Shown: piece by piece, positions 1-12,493 of the stretch
Numbering within the stretch: the stretch's first letter is position 1
How the letters are laid out: each line of letters opens with the position of its first letter
Assembly: GCA_964016885.1 (NCBI GenBank)
Contig: OZ024740.1
Location: 425,692,001-425,756,000, forward strand
Reading direction: 5' to 3'
From: Eledone cirrhosa
Taxonomy: Eukaryota
DNA length: 64,000 nt
The notes under the pieces: generated by a model
Databases searched by the model: none
Seen by the model: only the letters and a program-made list of their open reading frames with translations
What the model was told of the DNA's origin: nothing
Translations under genes and position numbers: made by a program

Positions 1-780
1 GTTGTGGCGTGGTGGATGGTGTAGGCGCTGGTGCTAGTTCTGGCGCGTTGGGTGGTGGTGGTGTTGGTTTTGCTACTGTTGCTGGGTTTGTTGCTGTTCC
101 AGTTGCTTCTGTTGTTGCTGCTACAATTGTTACTGCCATTTCTGCTGGTGGTGGTGTTGATGGTTGAGTCACTGGGGTGGGTAAGAGAGGTGGCCTCAAC
201 CTTTTAGCCTGAGGGCAGAAAGCCCTTAGGTGGGTTCCTTCACCACAAACGACACACCTAGGCCGTCTGCCCTCGACGATTACGGTGAGGTGGCTGCCGT
301 CAGTGAGGTCTATTACCTCTGGGATCTCCTCAATGCTTTTTTGGTCCGCTTGGATCAGGAGCTCCATCCCAGATCCGGACCAGTTTTCCTGTTTTTCTTT
401 TGCTATTTCGATTATCTTGGTGCTGACCCCTGTCCTCATCTTTCTTTACCATTCTCATGGCTTCATCTAATTCCTCCTGAGTTACCTGGATTGTTTCGCA
501 TTTTTTGGCTGACTTCGCAAATGACACGATGTTATTCTCATTGTTGTTGTTGCTGTTGTTGTTATTGTTATCTTTGTTATTGTTATTTTTAGTTTCAGTT
601 GTGGTGGTGGTGGCGTTCGGTGTGGAAGAGTCCATTCTGGGTGAATCCATTTCGATGTCACGAGATAATTTATTTTTTTCTTTTATATCTGTTGTCGCGG
701 TGGTGGTGCAGCGGGTGGCGTCTTCAACACCTGCAGTCATTGGTAATGGCGGGAAATGAATGACTGCATGAGACAAATTT
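1..780 (-). pseudogene. Internally deleted Tx1-type ORF1 (zinc-knuckle protein) remnant
   Basis: Minus strand near 200-330 translates IPEVIDLTDGSHLTVIVEGRRPRCVVCGEGTHLRAFCPQ (CX2CX4HX4C), matching ISVEGRRPSCYHCLSSGHLRAYCPQ in ORF 49267..50013; frameshifted from ORF 330..776. Confidence 0.75.
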
Positions 781-1110
781 AAATTATTGCTACTGCTTAT
801 AATTTAGTGTTGGCAAACGTAGTACTATTTACAATGGTGGTGTCGGTGTGAGGTGTTAGTTTGTGAGGAAGGTGTGACTATGAGTCGTCTATGATTTTTT
901 CAAAGAAATTTTTTGTTTGATAATTATAAAAGTTTAAATTTTGGGCTCAAGGCCCCAATCTTTTTGAGTGTCTTTTCCGAAAGCAAATTTTGTGACCTTA
1001 TAAACAATTAACAATAATTTTTCATAAATGGCAATTTTAAACAAACGAAAACAACAAACCTTTGTGGAGCTCACGATGATACGATTTCCTACGTAGGACG
1101 CCAATAATAA

Positions 1111-1202
<92 letters not shown>

Positions 1203-1205
<3 letters not shown>

Positions 1206-1930
1206 CTAATGGCTGCGCAGGAGCAGGCCCTCAAAACGAAGTGGTTGAAGCACCATATCTACAAGGAGGAGGCTAGCCCACTGTGCAGGATCTGTGGAGA
1301 GAGAGAGGAGACTGTGGCTCACATTGTGTCCGAGTGTAAACACCTAGCCCAGACCCACTATAAGGGCTGGAGACACGATGTGATGGGCAGGGTGATCCAC
1401 TGGCACCTGTGCAAAGTAAACAATTTACCACATTCTGAGAAATGGTATGAGCATAGGCCAGAGGCGGTGATGGAGAACAATCAGGTGAAGGTGCTGTGGG
1501 ATTTTAGGATACAGACGGACAAAAAACTGGAACACAATAGACCTGACCTGGTGGTTGTGGACAAAGAAAAAAGATCGTGCCTGATTGTGGATGTGGCCTG
1601 CCCGTTCGACACGAGAGTGCAAGAGAAGGAGAGGGAGAAAATTAACCGATACCAGGACCTAAAGTGGGAGGTGAAAAGGATTTGGAACTGCCATGAAGTC
1701 AAAGTGATCCCGATTGTCATAGGCGCACTGGGGACTATCTCCAAAAGTTTCCAGGGATGGTTAAAGAAAATCGGCCCCTTCACGCTTTTTGGAACGCTTC
1801 AAAAGGCATGCTTGCTTGGAACAGCAAGAACCCTCCGATACGTCCTGAATATCTGAGGCTGCAGGTAGTGGCTTGATATTCAATCCAACGGACTTTCCAG
1901 TTAACCAACATCAATGACTGAGATTCAAGG
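1203..1930 (+). mobile_element. 5'-truncated R4/Dong-clade non-LTR retrotransposon (CCHC + restriction-like endonuclease + 3'UTR) in (TAA)n
   Basis: Near-identical to 5808-6535; CRIC..H..SEC, RHD and PD..D motifs; (TAA)n on both sides. Confidence 0.92.
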
Positions 1931-1942
1931 AATAACAACAAC

Positions 1943-1989
<47 letters not shown>

Positions 1990-2889
1990 GGGAAGAAGAC
2001 GCACGAGGTGGCGGAGGTCATGAAATCGCTCCCGTAAGTTTTGAATTTTTAACATATTTAAATCATTTGTGAAATAACAACTCTTAGTACAAATGCAACG
2101 TAAAGCACCCGGCTTGAGCCCCAAAAAATTCGGACCCAAAATATATTGTTATAAGGCTCAAATATTCAAATATTCAACTTTGTATTGTACACTGTATATC
2201 CAAAAAAGAAAATGGCTATAAATGGAAGAATAACCCCCCCCCCTCCTCTCCTCTGTCTACACTATATAGAACAGCCAAACTCACCAACACCAGAAACTAG
2301 ATACACTATATAGAACAGCCAAACTCACCAACACCAGAAACTAGATACACCACCCACCTCATCACCTGTGTACACTAAACACAACAGCCAGATAACGGCA
2401 ATTTCACCACCACCGCTCACTACTGCCATCATTACCACCACTATCTCATCACCGCCGCCACCACTCTTCACTCCTTCACTGACCACCACTGCCTCGGTAT
2501 CGACATCACCACCACCACTGTCTCAGTATCGCTACCGCCGCCAGTCTCCCACTTCCCCCAGATGGCTGCTGCCACCACATTATAGAATTCCTACTACTAA
2601 AAAAGAGGAAGGCATCAAAATATATAGATAGACTCAAAAGAAAAAAGAAAAAACAAACAACAAAACCAAAGCAGCACAGCAACAACAGCAAAAAACGAGA
2701 AAAACAAACAGAGAAAAACAAAAACAAAAAAACAAAAAAAAACAAAAAAAAAACGTAAAGAAAATAAGAATGAAGAGAGAAGCAGGCGGACGGACAGAGA
2801 AGAGGGGGGAAAAACTAAAACTAAAAAAACAAAAACTAAGTCAGACATTCGAACACTACATTACAATGAAACTTATGCTTATTCATTTT

Positions 2890-5800
2890 TGGGGCCCTCT
2901 CTGCCTGTGTGTTTGTTTGTTTATGTGTGTTCGTATACAGCGTGGTGATAATGCCACACAAGGGCCAAGTGGAACGGCGAATCCACAGATGGCTATGTAA
3001 CCATACATTCGCCAATCCTCGATAAGAGTGTTTAAATATCGAACATAAACAGTTCGAATAACGGTGAAATGGAGACTAGAACGTCATGTGACAGACTCTC
3101 ACCCAACAGGTGCCCCCTGGCTCAGCAGCAGGAACCTGACTGTCAACCAAATACTGCTGATGTTGGAGGAAGAAGAAGAAGGAAAGGGGCCAGAACCAAC
3201 TGGACGAAAGAATTGAATAGAACTGTTATGCAATGTTACCTGAAAAGTAACCCCAAGGAGAGGGGCTACAGGAGACGGATGCATAACATCTGGAACGAGA
3301 TTGGTCTATTTAAATTAGATGAACAAAAATTGGCCGGGCAGGCTCGGGTAATAAGAACTAATGGGTGGATAAGCGAGCTGGAACTGGAGGAACTGAGCAG
3401 AGAGAATGGCTTGGAGATGGCGGGTGTAGTATGCCAGACAAGCGAGCCAGTGGGAAATGAAGGTGAAGAGGTCCTGAGAACGGAGGAACCACCCGAAGCA
3501 GACAATGATCTGAATACTGAGATAAATAATACCTGGAACAGAGATACGGCCACTGAGGAGATGAATGCTGACGGGCTAGGACAAGATTCGGTTGACATCC
3601 TAAATTTAGTGGTAGATGAATTGAACAATGATAGTGGGAGACCTATGAACCTAAGATTTGTAGACAGGAAAAAGTTAAAAGAAACAACAGCTAAGGTAAA
3701 CAAAGTCATCCCATACCTTGAGGTGAGGAGCCTTCACCAGTGCAACAATATCCTCAAAGCAACAGCAAATACGGTGAGGAAACTACTTGGTATAAAAGCG
3801 AGAGGAAACAACAGACAAGAAAGAGCAGAGGCGTGGTGGAAGAAACGACTGAGTGGTCAAATCGGGGAAATGAGAAATGACATAGGAAAGCTTGAGTCAC
3901 TACTGAATGGGACACTAAAAAACATAGGCACTAAAAATAGACTGGAAATAAAGTACAAAACTAGGAGGAAAAAGCTAAATATTATCATAGAGGAACTGAA
4001 GCAACGCATTGTAGCAAAGAGTGCAAAAATCAGGCGATACGAGAACAGAGTCAGTCAGTATAAACAGAACCGCATGTTCGACAACAACCAGAAGATGCTG
4101 TTTGGACAGCTTGAGGGGAAAGAAAGAGGCAACGACTTGATCCCTGGGGCGGAGAAAACTAAAACATTCTGGAGAGGAATATGGGAGCAGGATGTTAGAC
4201 ATAATGTCCAGGCAGGGTGGATTGAGACAGTACAGAGGGAGATCGGTGAGCAGGCACACCAACAAACTGATTTGAGTATCACAGTTGAAACTCTTAAGGG
4301 GCAGGCCAAAAAACTAACCAACTGGAAATCACCAGGCCCAGATGGTGTGCAGGGGTATTGGATTAAAAATTTAACATCCCTCCACCCGAAGCTGACGGCC
4401 ATGTTCAATGACTGCTTGGTGTCGGGTGAAGTGCCAGAGTGGTTGACAAAAGGTACCACAGTTCTGATAATGAAAGACCGAATCAAGGGTAATGATGTTA
4501 CCAACTATAGACCTATCACATGTCTGTCCGTAATGTGGAAACTGTTGACGAGCATTGTGTCTGAGGAAATCTACCATCACCTCCACACAAACAACTTGTT
4601 ACCGGACGAACAGAAAGGATGCCGAAAGAAGTCACGTGGTACAAAGGACCAGTTGCTTATTGATAAGATGGTAATGGGGAATTGCAGGAGGAGACACACT
4701 GATCTTGCCATGGGATGGATAGACTACAGAAAGGCATTTGACATGGTGCCTCATTCTTGGATCACCAAAAGCCTGGAGATCTTCAGGGTGGCAGATAACA
4801 TCAGACAGTTGCTGGGCAGGAGTATGGGGTCCTGGGAGACAGAGTTGACATCAACTGGAGTATCCTTGGGAAGCGTGAAGATCAAGAGAGGTATCTTCCA
4901 GGGAGATAGCCTGTCCCCTCTGTTGTTTGTCCTTGCCCTGATGCCCTTGAACATTATGCTGCGAAAAGTGAGAGCAGGATACAAGTTGGGAAAGGGAGAG
5001 CTTACCATCAATCACCTCCTCTTCATGGACGATCTTAAGCTCTTCGGGAAAAGTGAGAAGGAGTTGGATGTGCTTGTTGACACTGTCCGTATTTTCAGCA
5101 GTGATATATGTATGCAGTTTGGTATTAGTAAATGTGGAGTCATTGTGATGAGGAGGGGTAGGTTGAGCAGAAGTAACGGGATCCAGATACCAACAGGTGA
5201 GATGATAAAGGAAATTGACTCTGAGGAAGGATACAAGTATTTGGGCGTTCTGGAGGCTGATGGCATAAAGAACAAAAAAATGAAGGAATTGTTAAGAACT
5301 GAATACATTCGGAGAGTAAGGAGCGTATTGAAGTCACATCTGAACAGCAGAAATGCCATAAGCGCAGTAAATTCCCGAGCTGTGTCTATTATTAGGTACA
5401 GTGCGGGAATTCTGAGATGGAATGTTGCTGAACAAAAAGAAATGGATAGGAATACTAGGAAGCTATTGACTATCTACAACATGTTCCACAAGAGGAGTGA
5501 TGTCGATAGACTCTACCTAAGGAGATCTGAGGGTGGAAGAGGTCTTATCAGCATAGAGGACTGTGTTCAGATGAAGAAAAACAACCTATACAAATACGTG
5601 ACCTATAGTAAGGAGCCAATGCTCAGAACTGTACTGAAGGAGGGGACAGTAGGCCAGGGGATGTCCAAGGAGGAATTAACATCAAGGAGGAAGAGCAGCC
5701 TTAAGGGAAAATCCCTTCATAGTACCTTCTTTGAGAAAACTGAATTTAGAGATCCACAGACATGGAACTGGTTGAGAAGAGGAGACCTCAAAAAGGCTAC

Positions 5801-6535
5801 AGAAGGAATGCTAATGGCTGCGCAGGAGCAGGCCCTCAAAACGAAGTGGTTGAAACACCATATTTACAAGGAGGAGGCTAGCCCACTGTGCAGGATCTGT
5901 GGAGAGAGAGAGGAGACTGTGGCTCACATTGTGTCCGAGTGTAAACACCTAGCCCAGACCCACTATAAGGGCTGGAGACACGATGTGATGGGCAGGGTGA
6001 TCCACTGGCACCTGTGCAAAGTAAACAATTTACCACATTCTGAGAAATGGTATGAGCATAGGCCAGAGGCGGTGATGGAGAACAATCAGGTGAAGGTGCT
6101 GTGGGATTTTAGGATACAGACGGACAAAAAACTGGAACACAATAGACCTGACCTGGTGTTTGTGGACAAAGAAAAAAGATCGTGTCTGATTGTGGATGTG
6201 GCCTGCCCTTTCGACACGAGAGTGCAAGAGAAGGAGAGGGAGAAAATTAACCGATACCAGGACCTAAAGTGGGAGGTGAAAAGGATTTGGAACTGCCATG
6301 AAGTCAAAGTGATCCCGATTGTCATAGGCGCACTGGGGACTATCTCCAAAAGTTTCCAGGCATGGTTAAAGAAAATCGGCCCCTTCACGCTTTTTGGAAC
6401 GCTTCAAAAGGCATGCTTGCTGGGAACAGCAAGAACCCTCTGATACGCCCTGAATATCTGAGGCTGCAGGTAGTGGCTTGATATTCATTCCAACGGACTT
6501 TCCAGTTAACCAACATCAATGACTGAGATTCAAGG
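2890..6535 (+). mobile_element. Near full-length R4/Dong-like element; 5' boundary approximate
   Basis: ORF above, about 75-nt 3'UTR ending gattcaagg, then (TAA)n. Confidence 0.85.
3069..6443 (+). CDS. R4/Dong-clade single-ORF protein: RT + CCHC zinc finger + PD-(D/E)xK endonuclease (1124 aa)
   Basis: KSPGPDG, YRPITCL, GIFQGDSLSP, LFMDD, CRICGEREETVAHIVSEC, RHD, RPDL..DVACP..KINRY. Confidence 0.93.
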   Translation: METRTSCDRLSPNRCPLAQQQEPDCQPNTADVGGRRRRKGARTNWTKELNRTVMQCYLKSNPKERGYRRRMHNIWNEIGLFKLDEQKLAGQARVIRTNGWISELELEELSRENGLEMAGVVCQTSEPVGNEGEEVLRTEEPPEADNDLNTEINNTWNRDTATEEMNADGLGQDSVDILNLVVDELNNDSGRPMNLRFVDRKKLKETTAKVNKVIPYLEVRSLHQCNNILKATANTVRKLLGIKARGNNRQERAEAWWKKRLSGQIGEMRNDIGKLESLLNGTLKNIGTKNRLEIKYKTRRKKLNIIIEELKQRIVAKSAKIRRYENRVSQYKQNRMFDNNQKMLFGQLEGKERGNDLIPGAEKTKTFWRGIWEQDVRHNVQAGWIETVQREIGEQAHQQTDLSITVETLKGQAKKLTNWKSPGPDGVQGYWIKNLTSLHPKLTAMFNDCLVSGEVPEWLTKGTTVLIMKDRIKGNDVTNYRPITCLSVMWKLLTSIVSEEIYHHLHTNNLLPDEQKGCRKKSRGTKDQLLIDKMVMGNCRRRHTDLAMGWIDYRKAFDMVPHSWITKSLEIFRVADNIRQLLGRSMGSWETELTSTGVSLGSVKIKRGIFQGDSLSPLLFVLALMPLNIMLRKVRAGYKLGKGELTINHLLFMDDLKLFGKSEKELDVLVDTVRIFSSDICMQFGISKCGVIVMRRGRLSRSNGIQIPTGEMIKEIDSEEGYKYLGVLEADGIKNKKMKELLRTEYIRRVRSVLKSHLNSRNAISAVNSRAVSIIRYSAGILRWNVAEQKEMDRNTRKLLTIYNMFHKRSDVDRLYLRRSEGGRGLISIEDCVQMKKNNLYKYVTYSKEPMLRTVLKEGTVGQGMSKEELTSRRKSSLKGKSLHSTFFEKTEFRDPQTWNWLRRGDLKKATEGMLMAAQEQALKTKWLKHHIYKEEASPLCRICGEREETVAHIVSECKHLAQTHYKGWRHDVMGRVIHWHLCKVNNLPHSEKWYEHRPEAVMENNQVKVLWDFRIQTDKKLEHNRPDLVFVDKEKRSCLIVDVACPFDTRVQEKEREKINRYQDLKWEVKRIWNCHEVKVIPIVIGALGTISKSFQAWLKKIGPFTLFGTLQKACLLGTARTL

Positions 6536-6565
6536 AATAACAACAATAATAATAATAATAATAAT

Positions 6566-6968
6566 GACATTACCGTTCCTATAGACAAGAATGTTTCTAT
6601 AAAAACATTAGAAAAATTGAGCAAATATAAAGACCTTGAAATAGAGATTGGAAAAATGTGGAAGTTGAGAGCTAAAACAATACCAGTGGTTGTAGGTGCT
6701 CTAGGAAAATACCTAAGGGGTCTAATGATTACTTATCCCAAATCCCTGGAAACCCGCGTGTAGAAGAAATACAAAAGATAGTATTAATGGGAACTGCCCA
6801 TATACTAAGGAAGATTCTGTCAATATAAGTATATCACAAGTGTAAACACCTACAGATACATGTGTGTGTGTGTTTTCTTCACATGGCGGACCTTGTTGTC
6901 TCTTGAGGTCACTGGTTGTAACTTTGTGACTTGGTGATAACTCGTATGAACATAAAGCAAGGTAAATG
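6566..6968 (+). mobile_element. 3' fragment of a second, divergent R4/Dong family
   Basis: Translates DITVPIDKNVSIKTLEKLSKYKDLEIEIGKMWKLRAKTIPVVVGALG, frameshift, then EEIQKIVLMGTAHILRKILSI*; different 3'UTR; TAA tracts both sides. Confidence 0.85.
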
Positions 6969-7004
6969 AAATAATAATAATAATTGTAATAATAATTGTT
7001 TCAT

Positions 7005-7470
7005 TTATTGACCACAAGGGCCGACATATTGGGTACAATTCAAAGACAGGAACAGTGAGGGGGGGGGGGGGGCACAATAAAATTGAGTAAAAATACGAAA
7101 AAACAATTAAAAATGAAAATATTTAAAAATATATAAAAATATATAAAAATATAACAAAATAAATTCCCCAATAGGGGGCGGACCAGCCAGGGGCGACTCA
7201 GGTACCCCACTAATCCTGGACCAACCAACGCTTCTAGAGCATCTGGGAAGAGTAACACCTCTCCCCGTCAGATTAACCAATCTATAGGCGCATGCTCAGT
7301 ATAGGTCCAGTCACACGGGCCATTCTCGCCACATTCACCCACCTTTAGCATATGTACTGTGGGTGATCGGTGGGTGGCCAGATATGTGTTCAGCTCTTCT
7401 CTCTCCACCCTGACTTTCCTTTCCAAGGGAAACTTGAAAAAGTTCATGAGGGACTGGTCGAAGTAAAAAG
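7005..7470 (-). mobile_element. Tx1-like element 3' fragment (ORF2 C-terminus + 3'UTR)
   Basis: QSLMNFFKFPLERKVRVEREEL resembles the ORF2 end near 27400; tttattgaccacaaggg end like 44912. Confidence 0.75.
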
Positions 7471-7485
7471 TATCAATGGTAATAA

Positions 7486-7670
7486 TTGTTTCTACTTTTG
7501 GCACCAGGTCAGCGATTACCCCACTGCATCACTGGTACTATATGTTATCGACCCCTCAAGGATGAAAGGCAAAGTTAACCTCGACGGGATTTGAACTTAG
7601 AACTTAAAGGGCCATAACTCTATGCTTCAAAGCATGGTGTCTGATACTCTCCCTATACTGCCAAACCACA
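7486..7670 (-). mobile_element. tRNA-derived SINE with gcctttcatcc..ggggtcgataa core (Meta/MESC-like, from memory) and 14-bp TSD
   Basis: A/B-box-like head, (AAT)n tail; tcaatggtaataat at 7473 and 7672. Confidence 0.85.
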
Positions 7671-7694
7671 GTCAATGGTAATAATAATTTCTAT

Positions 7695-8712
7695 ATCTTT
7701 ATTGATCATTAGGGTTGATCACATTAAACATTGAGGATAATATAATAAAAGGTATATTAGGAATTAACAAACCTGTAAACAAAGAAACAAGTTACAAAAT
7801 AATAATAAATTCATAACAGAATTCGACAATAGAGAGGAGGCAACTAGGGGGTAATTATGGAAGGCTATTCATCCCAAACTTCTCTCTAACCGCCAAGAGC
7901 AACCTAAGAAAGGGAACCTCTACTCTCTGAACTCAACAGCCAACAGGGTCATAATAAAAGTGAGCTCTTCACTCGGCCAGAATCGTTACATTCACCCACC
8001 TTTTAACAAATGTATAAATATACTGGAAAGCAGCACTTCCCTCTCTACATTCACCTTCCATTTCAAGTGGAATTTGAAATATTCGATGAGGGCTTGACAT
8101 AAGACGAATATGTTTAGGTTCAATTATTTCAGTTGCATCTACAACACAACCACTTTCATCATAGCTACCTTACTAAACAAAACAGCCTTCCCTTCCTATC
8201 AAAAACGAGGTGGTGGAGCAACCTCCACTTCTTGGCCACGGAGTGATGTGAAGTGAATGGATAGTTGCAGCGTACAGTGATGTCGGCTCGGTGGTCAGTG
8301 TACAATCCCCTATAGGAACCATTCAATATTATGCGTTTGGCCCACAACGTTGTCTACTCCTGTCCCTGCTGTATGTACTCCAGAACCACTACTGCATTGA
8401 CGGGTTATCCATGCAAACTAAGATCCGAGAGGTCTCTGTTGTCATGCGACGTGACAATAATGGTGTTAGGCAGAAATCATATCGAAGTGATCAGCAACGG
8501 TGACCAAGAGTCGGTGGACATGCAGGTTGGTACATGGATAACCAGACATTTCTTTCCCAGCTACTTTCCTTGACGGAGTCCTGGGTCAAGCAAAGACCGG
8601 GAATGGAATGTTTGACAACTAGAACGTCGTAATTCGCTCACAGCCCTGTCATAGTTGGGTTCTGCAATCGGTGGAAAATCCCCATTCACATTCTATAGAG
8701 GATTAGTGGTAG
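7695..8712 (-). mobile_element. Old degraded Tx1-like insertion with an inverted upstream segment
   Basis: 7700-8225 matches the ORF2 3' end on minus; 8245-8712 matches RT/thumb pieces on plus (ctgggtcaagcaaagaccg as at 26801). Confidence 0.65.
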
Positions 8713-9360
8713 TATACTACAGAACGTTGGACAACATAATTTGCAAGTATTTAGTTGCTTTCCTTTAAGGTTACCTTACATTGAGGTCGGATTTATTTTC
8801 ATCCTTTCCGTATCAAGTACAGATAAAAAAATGTAATCGATGATATCCTTTTACCGAGTTTCTGGATGTGTACCTCTCAGAATTTACGATTTCTTACAAT
8901 CGTATTAAAAATCTGTATGATTTTTTCATTCGGCAAGGCATTATCACTACCCCGTGACTGTTCTTCGTATTGCTAACTGTAAAGTGGTCCGATTTTTTGT
9001 GAAACATAGGATAAAGTAGGAAGTCATTTGACATTTCCCTAATTGGATAGTGTGGAAAAACCAGAGAATTTTATATGCATTAGATATTCTAAATGAGAAA
9101 GCAACACAGCTTCTATAGACACTGATTACAGTGGCAGTTTACCAACTTTTATATAAACTGGATAATTAAAGTAACGGGATATCATGGCTTCAATCCACCA
9201 CGTATTGTGACAACTCATCGACTGTATAAGCCAGGGAGCTCGTCAAATCTTGCTAAACTAAAATCTACAATCCTAAAAATAAAGAATAACATTTGTTAAC
9301 ATATTCCAAGATACACTATACCTGTCAGAGTAAATCAGGGATTGTTATTACCCAGCTTTA

Positions 9361-9444
9361 GGGCGGTGGATTGGCAGTATCGGTAGAGGGTCGGACACCA
9401 TACTTTGCAGCAAAGAGTTTCGCTTGGCGCCACAGTCGAGATTT

Positions 9445-9536
<92 letters not shown>

Positions 9537-9748
9537 CCTCTACTCTCTCTCTCTTTCTATATATATATATATACACATAAAATACAGAGTTACTAACTCA
9601 TATTGATACCCTGTAATTAACAAGCTCAAAGTATAAATACTGGGCTCAACTTTGCCTTTCATCCTTACGGGGTCGATAAAATAAAGTACCAGTAATGTAC
9701 TGGGTAATTGCTGGCCTTGTGCCAAAAGTAGAAACAATTATATAATAA
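9361..9748 (+). mobile_element. Same SINE family, split by about 230 bp of other sequence including (TC)n
   Basis: Head 9361-9412, core and tail 9645-9748. Confidence 0.75.
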
Positions 9749-9903
9749 TATATGTAGAAATAAATACAGTAAATTGTGTGTCTAAAATTACGAGGGTAGA
9801 AATATCATATTGGTTTGATAAATTTAACCTGAAGCAAACGGAAGATATAGAATATATATACAGACCGTCTCAATAACTATTTCATCTCTCAGACAGATTA
9901 GAG

Positions 9904-10000
<97 letters not shown>

Positions 10001-10002
<2 letters not shown>

Positions 10003-11740
10003 AGCACTCTAATTCGATATGTGTATTTCCACATTCACTCGAATTGTTTTCGCGGATATAGGGGTCATCTCCCTTGTCTAATGCCATGTGCGTTTTTCAC
10101 CGCTAGTTGACTCCTCTGCCGCCAGGAAAAAACTCGTTGACAACGTAAACTCCGTTCCACTTATTCTAGTAGGCTTTTATATTTATATGTGAGCTGATAG
10201 AGTACTGTCTAAGGATTTACAGAAACCCATGAAGCTAGATTTAACACCTTTCTAGTGGGTCCGGGTATGATTTTACATTCATTTAAATTATTGACGTATT
10301 GTTTTATTGATATTTTTTATCTGTTTGGCCCGAATCTTCCTTTATCGATTTTAAATCGTATGGTTGATTGTAGACTTGTTCTATATGTGACGGTATTTTA
10401 ACGATAGTTATAGCTCTGATTCATCTGAATTATTGAGCCCTCTGCCGCTCATATCGAATTTCGTTTTTCGTGAACTCGTGCGCCGATTTTTCGATACTCG
10501 ATCTTTCTAATATATTTAGCTCTGGACATAGCTATCCACCAGTTAATTTTATTGCTCATTTTTTGTCGATTCTATTGAGTGATGAATAGCTTTTGTTTTA
10601 TTTTAACATGTCTATTGAGCACTCTAATTCGATATGTGTATTTCCACATTCACTCGAATTGTTTTCGCGGATATAGGGGTCATCTCCCTTGTCTAATGCC
10701 ATGTGCGTTTTTCACCGCTAGTTGACTCCTCTGCCGCCAGGAAAAAACTCGTTGACAACGTAAACTCCGTTCCACTTATTCTAGTAGGCTTTTATATTTA
10801 TATGTGAGCTGATAGAGTACTGTCTAAGGATTTACAGAAACCCATGAAGCTAGATTTAACACCTTTCTAGTGGGTCCGGGTATGATTTTACATTCATTTA
10901 AATTATTGACGTATTGTTTTATTGATATTTTTTATCTGTTTGGCCCGAATCTTCCTTTATCGATTTTAAATCGTATGGTTGATTGTAGACTTGTTCTATA
11001 TGTGACGGTATTTTAACGATAGTTATAGCTCTGATTCATCTGAATTATTGAGCCCTCTGCCGCTCATATCGAATTTCGTTTTTCGTGAACTCGTGCGCCG
11101 ATTTTTCGATACTCGATCTTTCTAATATATTTAGCTCTGGACATAGCTATCCACCAGTTAATTTTATTGCTCATTTTTTGTCGATTCTATTGAGTGATGA
11201 ATAGCTTTTGTTTTATTTTAACATGTCTATTGAGCACTCTAATTCGATATGTGTATTTCCACATTCACTCGAATTGTTTTCGCGGATATAGGGGTCATCT
11301 CCCTTGTCTAATGCCATGTGCGTTTTTCACCGCTAGTTGACTCCTCTGCCGCCAGGAAAAAACTCGTTGACAACGTAAACTCCGTTCCACTTATTCTAGT
11401 AGGCTTTTATATTTATATGTGAGCTGATAGAGTACTGTCTAAGGATTTACAGAAACCCATGAAGCTAGATTTAACACCTTTCTAGTGGGTCCGGGTATGA
11501 TTTTACATTCATTTAAATTATTGACGTATTGTTTTATTGATATTTTTTATCTGTTTGGCCCGAATCTTCCTTTATCGATTTTAAATCGTATGGTTGATTG
11601 TAGACTTGTTCTATATGTGACGGTATTTTAACGATAGTTATAGCTCTGATTCATCTGAATTATTGAGCCCTCTGCCGCTCATATCGAATTTCGTTTTTCG
11701 TGAACTCGTGCGCCGATTTTTCGATACTCGATCTTTCTAA
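10001..11740. repeat. Tandem array of a 615-bp non-coding unit (about 2.8 copies) between (TA)n tracts
   Basis: tgagcactct recurs at 10001, 10616 and 11231; copies look identical by eye. Confidence 0.95.
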
Positions 11741-12213
11741 TATATATATATATATATATAGCCAGACAATTATATTTCGTCTAGGATCGCTGCTATCCAC
11801 TCACTCAATGAATATACTACAATCGTTTGTTGTAAATACGAATTTGCATATCAAAATGGACACAATACGTTACATAGTGGATAAACGGATTAGTGTGGAA
11901 GTACAAAGAATGCTCCGAACTGTACAGTTTCATCGCAGTATCTTATGTGCATTTGATACATTAACAAAGCATCGCATACAAAAGCCACGTGTTATTTCCG
12001 AAAAGTACACGTAGTTAGGAAACACGGGTCGAATATTTAGCGGAGTTCAATCCTAACTTGTAGTGAAGTCATTTGTCCAAGGTACTGGCAGAGACTAAAC
12101 TTACACCACTACGGTGGTAGTAGTAGTTCCACACTGTTGCAGGATCATGTGACCGTCTCAAGAAGAAGGCAGTCAAATTCTCTCGCAAACTATTGGCGGT
12201 TAAATTCAAAGGA

Positions 12214-12265
<52 letters not shown>

Positions 12266-12471
12266 TAAGTTTATCCCGGGTGCAATCGCGGGTAACTACA
12301 GTAAGTAAGGTACTCAATACAAAGCAGAGTATAAATATTTAATATAGAAAGGCTACCACCAGAAAAGATATAAATACCACCATATTACTTGGACATTAAA
12401 TATTTATACTCTGCTTTGTATTGAGTACCTTACTTACTGTGGTTACCCCTGATTGAACCCGGGATAAACTT
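12266..12471. repeat. (TA)n-flanked inverted repeat, about 76-bp arms
   Basis: taagtttatcccgggt...tatttaat / attaaata...acccgggataaactta. Confidence 0.9.
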
Positions 12472-12493
12472 ATATATATATATATATATATAT

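Noticed and set aside
2890-3015. HDV-like ribozyme upstream of the R4/Dong ORF (GGCGAAU, ggccct/agggcc)
   Set aside because: Hairpins exist but no P3/L3/P1.1 arrangement could be built
10190-10265. Plus-strand HHR in the 615-bp unit (CUGAUAGA..GAAACCC..GGGUC)
   Set aside because: Stem I does not pair and the CUGA part is absent in the 44.6 kb relative
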